Positions 46,301 to 58,702 of a DNA stretch of 58,702 nucleotides are shown here, one piece after another. The notes beneath the pieces were generated by a model. The model made no database searches and had not been told where the DNA came from. It saw nothing but the letters and a program-made list of their open reading frames with translations. A program made the position numbers and the translations under genes. The DNA lies in NCBI GenBank assembly GCA_000708835.1, contig DF237499.1:1-58702 (forward strand), in the 5' to 3' direction. Within the stretch, counting starts at the first letter, position 1; each line of letters starts with the position of its first letter. The DNA comes from Klebsormidium nitens. Taxonomy: Eukaryota > Plantae > Klebsormidiophyceae.

Positions 46301-49300
46301 CAGTTGGACGGCCGGGCCGGCTGCCTTCTCGGATTCGTCCAAATCTGGAATGCTCAGCGGAGCAGCGCCGTCAACGTCAGCGAGGCACACCGCCTCATAC
46401 TCCTGCAAGTAGCAAAATCACGAGTACGCAAGCGCTCTTTGCTCTCCCAGTCCAGGTCCTAGCTGGTAGCAGAAAGGCTAACGCGAATTCAGGTTGAGGA
46501 ACCTATACGCACCAGTACGATTAGAGGTATTCAACTGTCAGCGCTCGCGCACCTTGTAGCGGCGGTAGCGGAGCTCGTTGTTGCCCAGGTGGCGCCGCAC
46601 AAAGACGTCCGTCAGGAGGGCCGCCAGGCCGTCGATCAGCCACACTGGGAGCAGCGCCACGCAGACGCGTCAAGATTGGATGACCAAGCAACAGCAGATA
46701 ATGACCCCAGTACAGTATGAGATTGATCCAAGTCAAGCAGATTCCTTTCGCGCCAGCTCTAGAGCCGTCCAAACTATTCTGAAAGGATTTACGGCGGCCG
46801 GTCCTACCGTCCGCTGACGAGTCGGCTGTGATGAAGGCGCCGAACCATTGGCGGGCCAGGAGGGAGGCCAGCTTGATGCGGGTCGCTGACGTCTGCAAAA
46901 GATTTAAGGCATAGAGCTCATGTCTCAAGGATGGGCTTCAGGCATGGCCGCTGCTTTTTGACGACGAGAGTCGACTCAAACACTGCTCACTACGTAACGC
47001 TCAAAACCTAACCGTCGACCCTGCTCCCTCTAAGATTCAGAAATTGAGAGGATTCCACGGTTTGACTCCGAACCATGGATCTGATGAAAACATGCATCGA
47101 GTTTAGAAACATCCTGAGGAAACCCAGACGGCCCGATTGGGGGTGGCTCAACCAACGCTCGCTTCGATCACCATAACAGTAGCCCACCCCTTTCAATTCG
47201 CGCCAGCATTCAAAACTCTCGCTTGTGTACTTTCAAACCGGTCCTCTGCAGCCCTGCAACTAGGGTGGGAATGAACAAAGTGACGCTCCGACCTGATCAA
47301 TAATGCGGTCGTCCACCAGGAGGTGTGCGCTGAGCAGGGCCGTGGAGAGGCCCATGGTGGCGGTTTCGTACGCCGCTTCTGAGTCCAGAAACACTTGCAC
47401 GTACGAACTGAAGGGGAACGGCAGGTCCAGGTACTCCTCGTACGTGCTGCACGACAGGCGGAACAGCAGTCGTTTCAGAAAATGACTGGGCAGCAAACTT
47501 AGTTTGAGGGTCCATAAGAAAGCATTGAGGAAGAACGTCAGTCCTCGCAAGAAGTCAGTGTCCAAAAGGGGTTGAACGTGGGCGACAGACATCGGCCTTC
47601 CAGGATTGGAACCAGCGGCCGACACTCCTAGATCCTCGCCAATACTGAAAGTGACCGACAGACAGAAACGAGCTTTTCGGAACTGAACGTAATGAACAGA
47701 CAGAAACGTGGTTTTCGGTTGAAAAAGTTACTCCGCTCTTTCCAATGTTGAAACAGCCCGAAGGGAGTTCAAAATGTCACAAGTCGCTAGTTCGGACACC
47801 TCCATGCATCCCAGGCTGGCAGTTCTCAGTAGTCTGGACTGTGTGTGCTCCGCTCAGACCAGACGCTTCATGTCCAAACCGACAAGCTCAAAGAGTCTCC
47901 AACAGCGAACCTGAAAGCGGTGTGCAGAAAGTGCACGGTTTGGCGCAGCTTCTTGAGGTGCCCCGGCATGCAGACGTGCGTGATGGCCGGGGCCTGAACG
48001 TCCGGGAGCACCACGAAGGGGCCCACCGCCAGCGAGATCAGGCCCGGGGTGGTCGGGGCAGCTACCCGGTACGCCCACACCTTGCGCTGCTCCGCCGCGC
48101 TCGTGAACGCCTGAGACGAGAACTCTCGTGCTAATTATACCGTATGCTACTTTGTTTGCTAATTTTTACTTTGTGAAAAGGAAGATCGAGGCCGTCGAAC
48201 GCCGATCAGACGGTCTGAGAGAAGATCTTCTTGTGCACTTTTTGGGTTTGGTCAAGGCGTCCGCCAGGATTCCGGAAACGGTGGTGCGCTCTAGCGCTCT
48301 CCTCCCTCCTTTCTGGCGACCAAACAAGCAGTGCAAGGGCGGCTTCTAGGTGCATTCAAGCCCTTCCGAAGAAGAGAGCAGGAAAGAGTAGCGTCGCTTG
48401 AAAGCTACAGTCAAAAATGCCAACCTCCGCAATTTGCGAAAAGAGAAGTGGTGGATTATCCTGAAGTTGGGACCCAGTATGATTGGCACGAGACTGTTAA
48501 TGACATACTTCCTACTTTGATGTGCAAGCGTGTTCGAGGACACGCTCAAGCGCCATCCCTGTTGGGCGGTCGGTCGCAATGGGCGGAACGCCGTTGAAAC
48601 GAGATGATCGTAGGCGCTTGATGTATGGATGGGGCTACAGCATGATATGCTTGAAGATACGACTGAACGGGCGTGTGGACACGATGGGGTACGACCCTGA
48701 GTATGTATTCCAATATCGTGTACCTCAGCAAACTTTGTGAGGCTTTCTTGTTGAAGTCGATCAGTGACAACGTCAAAAAGCGAGTTACTTGAGTTGCAGC
48801 ATCTGATGTATCATTGAAACTCGTGTACTTGGCAAAAGGGACGGGGACAGTGAGTCTTACCTGATACAAGAGCTCCCCGCTGCTGATCGCCATCAGTTGC
48901 GCGTCCACAGTGTATTCCAGGTCGAAGCTGCACAATTGGACGCCGTGATAAAAAACAGTCGTATGGAAAGGCCCAATTCTCATCGGCCCGTTGAACTTGG
49001 CTATCAAGCATATGCTTCGGGGCTGGGACCGGCAAGCGTGCGTTCAGGATCATCTCCCCTGTACCGGCCAACTAGAATAGGCCAGGAATGTAACATGGGC
49101 TTCCAGATTCTGGACAACTTTGGGCAACGGCTTGCTAAGCATCAATCCGGCCAAAGGGACTTTGCGATAACCTGACACTTCAAATCAACCATAGGTTGCT
49201 AGCCCCTTACATTTTCTTGGCTTCTTCATGTCCTCAATTCGGCGTAGCTTAGCACAGACCAACGCTCAAGGAACGACTCCCAAGACAAGTTCAGCCGGCC

Positions 49301-51397
49301 TTGGGACACTGATCACAGGCAAAAGCCGCACCTGTGGGGATGTTCGGAAGTGTCCGCACAGGGGAACCAGCACCGCGCCCTCCGGAGCTGGTTGTTTGTA
49401 TGCATGACGTCACCCTGGAAGTTCACTCCAGCACGCGCATGCTTCACCCGGAACCCGATGCGCACTCGAAGCAGCTGCAGGAAAGGCCTTACTTAGCGTT
49501 CACCAGAAGAGGGCATAGGCGTCAAATTGAAGAAACGGACTTTCGCCCTAATGGGTTCCACTGGCCCTCGAGAGACGCTAAACATTGGGAAAGGGAGTCC
49601 TGACACCCCGCATGGTCGGACTTGAGGATGTTCTCTTAGAAGAGAGCGTCTGTCATTGTCAGCTCTAATTCGCGGTGCTTCAATAGCCCTGGTACCATAG
49701 CATCTCGACTTCGGGAACCAGATTTCGCCAAGCTGACGTCAGAGTGTGACAAGAGAAGCGCCTCAGGGCTTTCATTCCATGGAGAATGTGAAGGTTTATA
49801 CGAGGCCCTACCCGAGAGTTCGAAATACCCCACCACTGACGAGTCAAAACCACAAACAGAAGCCGTACAGATTCCGTCACTGCTTCCAGATACATGTCCC
49901 TACCGTTGTGCTCGTCTCATCTTTGGCCTCGATCTCCTTCCCATCTTTGGCGCTCCCCTTCCTGGCACTCCCTTTCTTCTCCTTCTCGTCACTCCTGTTT
50001 CTCCCCCCAGAGGGCTCTCCTTTCTCCGGTGTCCCTTTCTCCGGCGTCCCTTTCTCCGGTGTCCCAGTCTCTTTTCCGCTAGGCTCCTCTTTCCCCTCGT
50101 CTCCCTTCTCCACTTCCACTGGCTCAGTCCTCCGCCCACCTGAACCTTCAACAAGCGCCAATCCATTCTCAGCTGTCCCTGCTTCTCTTTCATGCCCCTT
50201 CTCCTTCGTTTCCCCAGTCTGTCCAATTCCCACTGCCCCGTTTTCCACCCCCTTCAAGTCCGCCCCGTTTTCCACCCCCCCATTCGGGTGCCCCTCCCTT
50301 CCAGGCCCCCCAGTGGCTTCCACTTGCGCCCCATTTGCACCAAAACCGTCAGACGTAACCCCCACGATTGGCTCATGGCTTGCCCCCGCTTCTTGCAACA
50401 CCTCTGGGAGGTGAATGAGCAGCTCAGGCTCAGATTCCTCTTGCAACAACCGGACATAGTCCCTGTAAACCTTCTCGCCTGCGTTGTTTGGATTATCCTC
50501 TTTGGTTGCTGCATACACCTGCTGCAGAGACCGCACCCGAGTCTGGCCAGCGGGGGGAGCGAGTTGCTGAAACTTCGCGGGGGCGCCTTCCACGAAGATC
50601 CTGGAGATTTGGAGGCCGTTGGCATGGAGGCCCAGGATGCGAGGGGCGTCCGCAGGGGGGGAGAAGACGTCGAGCTCAGTGTACCTGAGGAGAAGGGGTA
50701 AGTTGATTGGTACGGAATCAGAAACCCGGCAGTCTACGATCGCGTCCACTTTAACCAATTGAGAATGAAAAGGCAACCAGGATATTTGAATGCGGACGGG
50801 AATTTTCAATGAGAATTGAAGGAGGAGCAGTCGATTGGGGATGACGTGTCGTTCACAGTGGTTGGAAACCTCCAAAGCGTGCAATGATGTACTTTAATAG
50901 TCCTTGAAGACACTGCAGGATTCCTAACCTAGTCAAGCAGCATGATACCTACGCAGCTGCTTGACAATGAAGTCACAACACAAAGGTGGGACCAGCTGGG
51001 ACCCAGAATACGAGCGCCACCGATCAGCAGCATTGAAAGCGCCATCAGAGAGTTGATGCAGGTCCAATGTCTTTGGCCAGACTTTGAAGAGAAACCCAAT
51101 ATGTGAAAATCCTGGGTGCCATTCAAAGTCATTGTGAGCCGCTTGATTTTGAAGCATACACCATGCATGGCATAGCAATGAAATTGTGTTCTCGAGAGTG
51201 GCAGCTCAAGGTGCATGATCATCGCGGCAATCAAAGGCAAGGGGTGCACTGCTGGCCAGGCAGCACGCTCACCCTTCAAGAGTTTGCGCTTTCAAGTCCA
51301 CCGCCAGGCACAGCTTCTGATTCTGGACACGGCACAATGGGACGCGCCGAAAGCTCTCCTCTGCAGAAGCAGGAAGGGTGTCCCCAAAGTCCGCCAT
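34344..51397 (-). CDS. TAF2: TFIID subunit 2 (aminopeptidase-like fold, HEAT-like region, very long charged disordered C-terminal tail), about 28 exons
   Basis: Exon 1 (51397-51273) encodes [12 protein letters not shown]...EG, continuing as YTELDV...ILGLHA. Downstream exons encode [22 protein letters not shown]...[73 protein letters not shown]...[45 protein letters not shown]...PNDFSDF, LKYNDNS and DRLLPSH. The last exons are 37993-36314 and 35942-34344. Confidence 0.93.
39403..39433. repeat. Short interstitial telomeric tract (TTTTAGGG-type) in a TAF2 intron
   Basis: TTTTAGGA TTTTAGGG TTTTAGGG TTTTAGG. Confidence 0.85.
41703..41739. repeat. 13-bp tandem repeat (CGGGTCTCTTTCC, about 3 copies) in a TAF2 intron
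   Basis: CGGGTCTCTTTCC-CGGGTCTCTTTCC-CGGGTCTCTTT. Confidence 0.85.
47658..47718. repeat. ~38-bp-period imperfect tandem duplication in a TAF2 intron
   Basis: ACAGACAGAAACG..TTTTCGG starts at 47658 and again at 47696. Confidence 0.7.
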
Positions 51398-51696
51398 TGG
51401 AGGGCCCATCCTGCTTGCCCTCCCAACAGGCGCATGTTACAAGCGCCTGTCAAAGCGCCCTCTTGGCTTTCTGGGCTGTCCTGCAAATTCATTCATGAGC
51501 GAAGACGTGAGCCTGCCTGGAAAAAAAAGCCGCCTGAAAACCCTATATGGAGGTTCTATTTTGTCGATGTGGGCGTTCCAAAACCCTAAGAGCTGGCATT
51601 CACGGAGACACCCCTTCAGTTCAAGGCGCAGGGAAAGCCGCCACACTTGCAAAGATCTCGCTTGCTCTCGAGTTGGGTCGTCTTCAAGGAGCAGCA
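51398..51696. promoter_or_regulatory. Compact bidirectional promoter shared by TAF2 and eIF2A, with telo-boxes and site II motifs
   Basis: The divergent ATGs (51397 and 51697) are 300 bp apart. AAAACCCTA lies at 51537-51545 and AAAACCCTAA at 51580-51589. TGGGCT lies at 51472-51477 and TGGGCC on the minus strand at 51408-51403. Confidence 0.65.
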
Positions 51697-54600
51697 ATGG
51701 GCGACACTGTGCAGAGGATCCTAGGTCAGTCGGCTTATACCTGTTTCGAGCATCCGTAGTCACCTTTGAACTCCTATTTTGCGGAAACCTGGAACGGGCG
51801 CTTTGAATCTGCCATGCGCATTCTGTATGCCTTTCAGGTTCCAGGACTTGCTTTTTGATTCTTAGAAGCATCCGTGTGATCAGGCGACGTAGTGTTGAGA
51901 CCTTGCAATGCTGACTTTGGAGGTTTTGTGCTTGCAGTGCGGGCAAAAGACGGCATTGCTCTACTCAAGGCGCCACCGGAGGAGGTCAAACCTGTTGACA
52001 CTTTTACCAGGTGAATGTGCTGACCAACTTCTTGCAACTATCGATCCCACTCGAAGGTCCCGCGCTTGTGCAAGCAAAGCACTGTGTTCTGTCCAAGTGC
52101 TGCCAGGGTGGTGAGAATGGAGAGGCTCGGTTGGTTTCCACTGTAAACAGAAGCATGGTGTCAGTCCTAGTAATCTATTGAAGGAGAAAGACATGGCAAC
52201 TATCCAGCAAGTTGGCCGCAAATGCCAGCAACTTCCAGTTCACAGTATACTTCTGTCAGCACCTATCAAGGTCAACAACCAAAAGCAATTCTCCAAACTA
52301 TGGGCGATTGAATGGTGGTAGACATCTCGATCACCAGAACGACGCCCGCAAGTTCTAAAAATGTTCAGTATCTTCTCGCAAGAGAGCATCAGTCGTCCAA
52401 AAATCATCCTCAATCAACAGCATTGGTAGATCAATGTGCCTATGCCTGGCAAGCTGCCCTGTTGGCGTCATCTTTCTGATGTTGCTCTTATCATGCAATC
52501 CCAACACATGGTCTCGCTTTCGCAGGACTCAGGGCCTGCAGACGCAGTTTAGTGCGGATGGAAAGCTTCTTGCCATTGTCAAGCCCTCCGGCTCTGGCGT
52601 CAGCATCATTGACGTGGCGTCCTCCAAGGAACTACGCACTATTCCGGCGAGCAATGTGATGGGGATCGCATTCTCCCCCAAGAACACGTTCCTGCAAACA
52701 TTCCAGAAAGCGGGCGCTCCGGGTGAGAAGAACCTTGTTCTCTGGAGCCTGGCAACGGGCGAGGCCGCTTTTCAGCAGTCCCAGAAGACCTTCTCCAAGC
52801 TGAGCTGGTGAGATATGAATTCCTGCTTGAAAGTGATCATGCTCAATTGTGGTGAATGACTTCAGATGTGCCGAGAGTAAGCTTTGCTGCGCACTTCACT
52901 GCAAGAGGTGTGTCGACGAGAAGCTGGTTCATGCAGAGCCATAGGTACTGGTTTACAGAGGCGACAGAGTAGTATGACGGGTGTTTGAGAGGTCCGTAAG
53001 GAAAGCTGATCTGGTTACGATGCAAGGGTGGTGCATCCTGTTCTGGTGTGTGAGAGGCCGTTCATGTTTCGGTCTTGTGTCGCAAGTTTGAGTTATTCAA
53101 AGCACAACGCCGTTCAGCCCCCCAGAGATGCAACGCTGCCAATGTCCTGGCAAAGAACAGACCCAAAAGTCAGGCACTTTTCCCACTAAGATACTCTAAA
53201 CATGAATTATGTGAATTACGTGCATCACACAAAAAGCTCTGATGGCATCCTGGGTGATGTTTTCTCTGGAAACGATCTACTGGTATCCACCCCATGCAGT
53301 CCCCCCCTCAAAGCAGGGACAAGCAGGGACTCCATAAATCTCTTTTTTCGGTCCTGCAGGCCCTCAATCCAGTTCAGCGATGACGAAACAGTGGCTGGCC
53401 GGTGTGTGACGAACGAGGTCCACTTGTACGACCCTCAGGACTTTTCTCGCGGCATAGTGGACAAGCTGCGGGTGCCGGGGGTGGCCGCTATGCAGCTAGG
53501 CTTCGACCCGCCCTCCCACATCGCCTGCTATGTCCCTGAGCTCAAGGTTCGACATCCACTACCTCCAATCTGGTTTTACTACCTCTGATGTACGTCACAG
53601 CGATCTGATTTAGTGCCTCCTCTAGGCGTCTCTCGACAAGCCAGATTGTCTTAATATGTTTGAAACCAGGTGCTGTGCGTCACCTTGAACTGCTTGTCAG
53701 GCGAAAGGAAACTGCAGATCGTAAAAGCTGGTGAATCCTGGCTAGTCACCGACCCCAAATCTCTGCAACCACTCACCTTAATGATAGAAAGCTCAAGCTA
53801 GTTAATGCACGCCCTTTGCGTCTTCTGCCGAAGTACTCGAATCTGCACAGGACAGGAACGTCCCATCCTTGTCTTCACACAGGGCGCTCCAGCGAGCGTG
53901 CGCATTTACGAGCGGGCCAACATGGCATCGGGCCAGCCCGTCGCGCGGCGCAGCTTCTTCAAGTCGTCGACCGTCAAGTTCTTCTTCAACCGCGGCACCA
54001 CGGCGGTGCTGGTGCTGGCCGCGTCCGACGTGGACAAGACGAACCAGAGCTACTACGGGGACACCGCGCTGCATTATCTCGCGTGCGACGGGAGCAACGA
54101 GTGCACCGTTCCTCTCAGTAAGCCGGCGGTTCCTGATGAGTCGATGTCTAGACTCTGCTATATTCTTCTAGCATTCATCTCTCTTTCGGCACCCGTCTTG
54201 ACTCGTAGCTCGTCTTGCGGGTTGGCAATCGTAAGTTGGTACCGACTAGGTTTCGCTGAGTTGATGTGCTACTTGATAATATAAGGGCTGTGGCGAGTGT
54301 GGTGAAGCCGCCTAGGCTAGCACAGGACCTCTTACAGGCTTCCACGATCGGCGTTGACTTCGGGTTAGGTATTGGCATCGAGCGTCTGTTACGAAGAGGC
54401 TAGCCGCACTCTTTTCCGTCAAAGCGGAACAAACTGGTAACAAAGAGCGCACTTCCAACATGGCTTAACCCGATCTTCTGTATTGTGCAGGTAAAGAAGG
54501 GCCGATCCACGACGTGCAGTGGTCGCCGTCTGGCAAGGACTTCGTGGTCGTCCATGGCTGTATCCCCCAACCGTTGCGATGCTGACATCTCAGAGATATG

Positions 54601-57600
54601 ATTTTGACTGAAATAGTCCACATCAAAATCAAAACTTCGGTCGCAGCAGATACCCACCGATGTGCACGAAAAGTGCTGACGCCGGATTCCTGGAGGTTCA
54701 CGATAGTCGCCTCGGTCACGTCCCATGGAGCCTTGTTCTTGACTGGCAGCACCTATTTTCCGCAATCTCTTTCGTCACTCGCGTCGCAAAGCTGAATTTC
54801 CGGGGCTTGTTATCAAAGTCAAGGGCGCAACGTGAAGCTTGTTTGTCTACAGTCAAGTGAACTTGGAAGAGGAGGACCCAGCGCTTGTGCGAGTAGTTCG
54901 CTGCTTATTCATGTCCAAAAGCGAATGGATGGATCACTTTTCCTTGACGGATTGCTTGCCAGTCATGCCATCCAAAGCAACCCTGCTGGACTCGCGGTGC
55001 AAGACCCTCCATGACTTTGGTTCCGGCCCACGGAACATGGTCAAGTGGAGCCCCCACGGTCGATGTGAGTCTCCTCCGGCCTTCTGACGCGTGTCGTCAT
55101 ACCGTTTCTAGATTTCAGCAGTACCTTGGCAAAATGGAACTGGTTCTGTCGCGTTCCCTCTTGTTTTGGCATCGAACCTTTCAGAAAGTGCTCGCCGAAG
55201 GATTCTATTGTGCCCACAAGGCACTCTTCACCCCTTCGGGAGCAAGCCTTGCAGAGCAGTCTTTTTTGGAGTCTCTATGTCGTCCTCCTTCGTTGACTTT
55301 GTCTCCGGTGTTGTGATTGCGAAGTGTTTAACGACCCTCTGTCGTCTTCTTTGCAGTCATCTGCTTGGCAGGGTTTGGAAATCTTCCAGGTGACGTGGTA
55401 AGTGCCGTCCTCGGGCGTCCTTGAAATTCTTTAGGGGCTGTGCATTCCTTTTACCATCTGAAAGGATGTTTTTTTGGACGCTCAACATGCTCACCAGCAA
55501 TCGGTCGGCTTACTAAAGGTAGTCTCCATGTAATTCTTTCCAAATACCGAGGACTGATGGCGCTACATTCGAATGATACGCTGAAGCCATGCTGGGACAT
55601 CTCAATGATACGCCGAGCCAGTCTGCAAACACCCTCACTCAGCTTCCTTTTTGGCGTTCGCTCCTTGCAGGAAATTTGGGAGCGGAGCCAGCTGAAGCTG
55701 CTGGGCAAGACCCGTGCCCCGATGACAGTGACGTGCGAGTGGGGCCCCAGCGGGCGCTATCTGCTGTGCGCCACCACGTCGCCCCGGCTGCAGGTCGACA
55801 ATGGGTGAGCGCCAGACTCTTGAGCCTCTCCCTTGCACTCTTTCAGGTTCTCAGTCTTCAGTATCCATCCAAGCTACTCCCCTACTGATCTGAGTCGCTC
55901 GTTGTCCTGTGATCTACCACGAAAGATGGAGCAATGATGTGCAGGGATCCAGACAACTCATTCAAAAGGCGTGAAACGAAAGGATGACGTTGGCAACTCA
56001 ATCGGGGAGTCTTGCACCGTCGATGGTGCCGCCTGATTGAGCTGGAACTTCGCTGCTTGCAGGATCAAGATCCTCAAGTACGACGGCCGGCTAGTTTATC
56101 AACAGCCGTACGATCAGCTATATCAGGTGAGAAAAGAGATTTGTGACCTCAATACCAACTTAACAAGCCGGTGCCACCCGCAAAGGTGACTTTGAGAGCC
56201 CGTTCGAATGCCATTACACCTACTCGGTATTCGGCTGAGGCGCGCCAGACAATGCATAGCTTGTTGCCGTTGGGGGCATCATATGAAAACACGTGCCCCT
56301 CCCCCTCGGTCAGGAAGTCCATTCATTGCCTGCAACTACCTTGACCGACGATCATCTGCCGATTATTGAAGACGACTGAAAGCTGCATAGAGTGAACCCG
56401 CGAAGGCAACTTACAAACGGAGCGTGATTCCAATTCGAAACCCTTTCCATCGACCCGTTTCCTCAGTGTCCCCGCCCTCATTTCGCAGGCGGAATGGGCC
56501 CCCGCTGCCCGGGACGTCTTCCCCGACCTCCCTCCGTCGCCCAAGGCAAGCAAGAGCGACGAAGCGTCCACGTCGGGCCAGGCCGCGGCCGCCGCCCAGG
56601 AGAAAAAGCCGTACATCGCTCCGAAGCCCGTTGCATACGTGCATCCGCATGCCGCCACGTCAGCGAGCATCAAGTCGGCTGTGAGTGTTCTTGTCGGAGC
56701 CTGAAAAAGGTTGCGGTGTAGACTGGAGCGCAGGGTCGATTGTCTGAATTCTTCGCCCTCGCACCCCTGGTTTTTTTTGTGCGATGATTGCGTGGATTTT
56801 CGTTGATTGCCGCCCTTTATGCTGTCAAATAGAGGTTAGCTGTTCCTCATACCGCCTTTTCTGCTGTACTGTGCAGCTCTTTGGGGATGACGACAAGCCA
56901 AAAGCGTAAGCCTTGTCTCTTTCTTCCTTACATTAGGGACACTCTGGCCGCATGCTTCGACCCGATCCCTTACCTGATAACAGCGGTTTCACGTGATTCA
57001 TCTTGCTGTCTGTTTGCTGCGCTCTTTTCGCTCCTTGGTATCTCCACCAATTTCCTGGCAGCTCCATACTATGCTTTACGTGGTCCTTCGTGGAAAGCTT
57101 GGGGTTGAGTGACGGTTTTAGCCGATTACATGGCCGCCCACTCTGCCCGAGAACTCCCTGTTTACAGGTTGAGTAGAAGCGCCCAACGAAATAAGAAGAA
57201 GCGCGAGAAGAAGGAGGCGGACGGACAGGACGCGGACGGCGAGGGCGTTGCTGTGGTGAGGGCTCCGCACAAATCCTTCATAAATTTCCCAACGCAACTC
57301 AGGTTTCCAAGGCGTGGAGGTCGGGCTTTCGAGAGGAATCGTTGGGTTGTTACAGGATACAGCATGTGCCTCTGCAAAACCGTTTTCGAAGACATATGCT
57401 CGCTCGCAAAAGAATGACAGCGGCATGGAAGTTCCCACTCTGGGAGGTAAACCAGCTTTTCTGAGGCCACCCTTTGCGTTTGCAGGACTCACTGGCGGCC
57501 CAGGTCCAAGCAACCCAAATCGAGGAAGCTGAAAGTGAGCATGGTGCCAAACCCAGAACTTTCTGGCTCTTTTTTCGCGGCCATCCCCCTGCGTTGGTAG

Positions 57601-57981
57601 GAAGGCTCCAGCTAGAGCTGTGGGAATCTGTGATGCCGCCTTACAATCTTTGATGGCGCCTTGTCACTGCGGAGTCGTAGTCCTCTCTGGTTGCGAAGAA
57701 GTGAAAGGCTCACATCAATGGAATTCTCAGAAGGTGGTGCGTCGTGGAAGGGCGCGTCTTAACCAAGAGACACTTTTCATCCTGCTTGTTCACGTGCAGT
57801 CCCGGGTGAGACCGGCAAAAAGATTCGTGCGGTACAAAAGAAGTTGCGCCAGATTGACGAGCTCAAAAAGAAGGCGGCTGACGCGGGAGGCGCGGGGGCG
57901 CTACCTCCGGCACAGAGAGAAAAGCTGGGGCAGGAAGCTGCCCTTAGGCAAGAGCTGGAAGATCTGCAAAAGACGCTTTGA
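51697..57981 (+). CDS. EIF2A: Eukaryotic translation initiation factor 2A (WD/beta-propeller), about 584 aa, 15 exons
   Basis: Exons 51697-51724, 51938-52010, 52526-52807, 53360-53546, 53883-54117, 54491-54559, 54963-55064, 55357-55397, 55671-55804, 56063-56126, 56489-56680, 56877-56905, 57168-57255, 57486-57534 and 57800-57981 sum to 1755 nt in frame. Motifs: FSPKNTFLQTFQK, DVDKTNQSYYG, KEGPIHDVQWSP, AGFGNLPGD, TTSPRLQVDNG, NKKKREKK and the C-terminal KKIRAVQKKLRQIDELK. Confidence 0.96.
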
Positions 57982-58438
57982 TCTTCTTAAGTTACAGTGC
58001 CGCATCTGATCCGAATGGAAGTGCGCTGCACGTCGTGTTCAAGCTATTGAAGCAAAGACTGATCATGAACATCTGAAGCAAAACCAAGTATGCCCCATGG
58101 CCACATTTGCGAAGTTTTACAACTGCCAAAATTTGGCAACCCCGGCGCAAGATTACCTTCACACGCGACACTTCGGATAAAATCAACTGTTGGACGGCTC
58201 ATTAAGCTACTAACCGATTGCGCCGCAATTTAGCAAACGCGGCTTGCCTCAAGTGAACCTGCAATGATGATCATGCACAATACCGGTATACACATCTTGC
58301 ATGCATGGTCGATCGTTGACCAGGCCATCGTGATTGGACGTCACAGCTATATAGCCTGCGGCCATGGACTGCGCGCATGTAGCCCACTGTTGTATGCTGG
58401 CACACTGCACGTACATGTTATCTTAATTCGCTTCAAAA

Positions 58439-58702
58439 CACTGCACGGGACAGTTACGGTGGTTTTTCGCCCGGCGGAAATCTGCCGCAGACCAATTTAT
58501 TTCGGGCGCGCGACGTAGCATATCCGTACGGTATCGCAAATTTTCGCCGGCGAAACACGGGGGATGTGTAGGACCTCGATGGGTACTTCCGAGGATATTC
58601 CTCCGGAAAATTGCACATTTGCCCCCAATTTTTTCCAATTTGTTGCATTTTGGCCCTAAAAAAGGCCTTTACATATGGCTATAAAACTGCAAATTTAAGA
58701 GA
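58439..58702. mobile_element. Possible terminus or subterminal region of a DNA transposon, truncated by the window end
   Basis: The character changes abruptly after CACTG (58439). Features include the perfect palindrome TTTCGCCGGCGAAA (58542-58555), a near copy TTTCGCCCGGCGGAAA (58465-58480), CCGTACGG, GAGGA/TCCTC and A/T runs. No transposase or partner end is present in the window. Confidence 0.3.

Noticed and set aside
49746-50701. Plus-strand ORFs 49746-50414 and 50192-50701
   Set aside because: They are antisense shadows of the TAF2 exon 2 low-complexity insertion.
51565-51575. CGCCCACATCG (minus strand) resembling the plant snRNA USE element
   Set aside because: The spacing to the nearest TATA-like sequence (~16 nt) fits neither snRNA promoter class, and no snRNA follows.
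51741-51753. Alternative TAF2 first exon ATG CTC GAA ACA G|GT
   Set aside because: An in-frame ATG at 51397 gives a simpler model, and this site lies inside eIF2A intron 1.
1-58702. CRISPR arrays, rRNA, intact transposase/RT, or prokaryotic operon-like systems
   Set aside because: None seen. The periodic sequences are coding repeats or short tandem duplications, and the genes are spliceosomal.

Overview
This is intron-rich eukaryotic nuclear DNA, most likely from a streptophyte green alga of the Klebsormidium type. That assignment is an inference from GC-rich coding exons, mostly 300-600 nt GT-AG introns, TTTTAGGG-type telomeric motifs, plant-like protein sequences and an intronless F-box family member. 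By manual splice-site and frame tracing I reconstructed seven multi-exon genes and one intronless ORF: a TRF-like telobox Myb protein (+, 858-4656), RPB1 (+, 5764-19116, 22 exons), an F-box ORF broken by one in-frame TAG (+, 21478-22320), a DDAH-type amidinohydrolase (-, 25249-23242), an NCBP3-like RRM protein (+, 25790-~29109), a METTL21/family-16 lysine methyltransferase (-, 33305-29947), TAF2 (-, 51397-34344, about 28 exons) and eIF2A (+, 51697-57981). Most entries in the supplied ORF track are exon fragments or antisense shadows. The strongest leads are: (1) the Myb protein has an N-terminal helical domain resembling the vertebrate TRF1/TRF2 TRFH domain, and its own first intron is loaded with telomeric motifs; (2) the TAF2 disordered tail carries an array of ET-domain-binding-like motifs; (3) a catalytically complete DDAH suggests a methylarginine/NO-synthase control axis in a plant-lineage organism; (4) the RPB1 CTD is split into in-frame skippable exons. 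No CRISPR array, rRNA or intact transposase was seen. All homology statements rest on recalled family motifs, not on searches.
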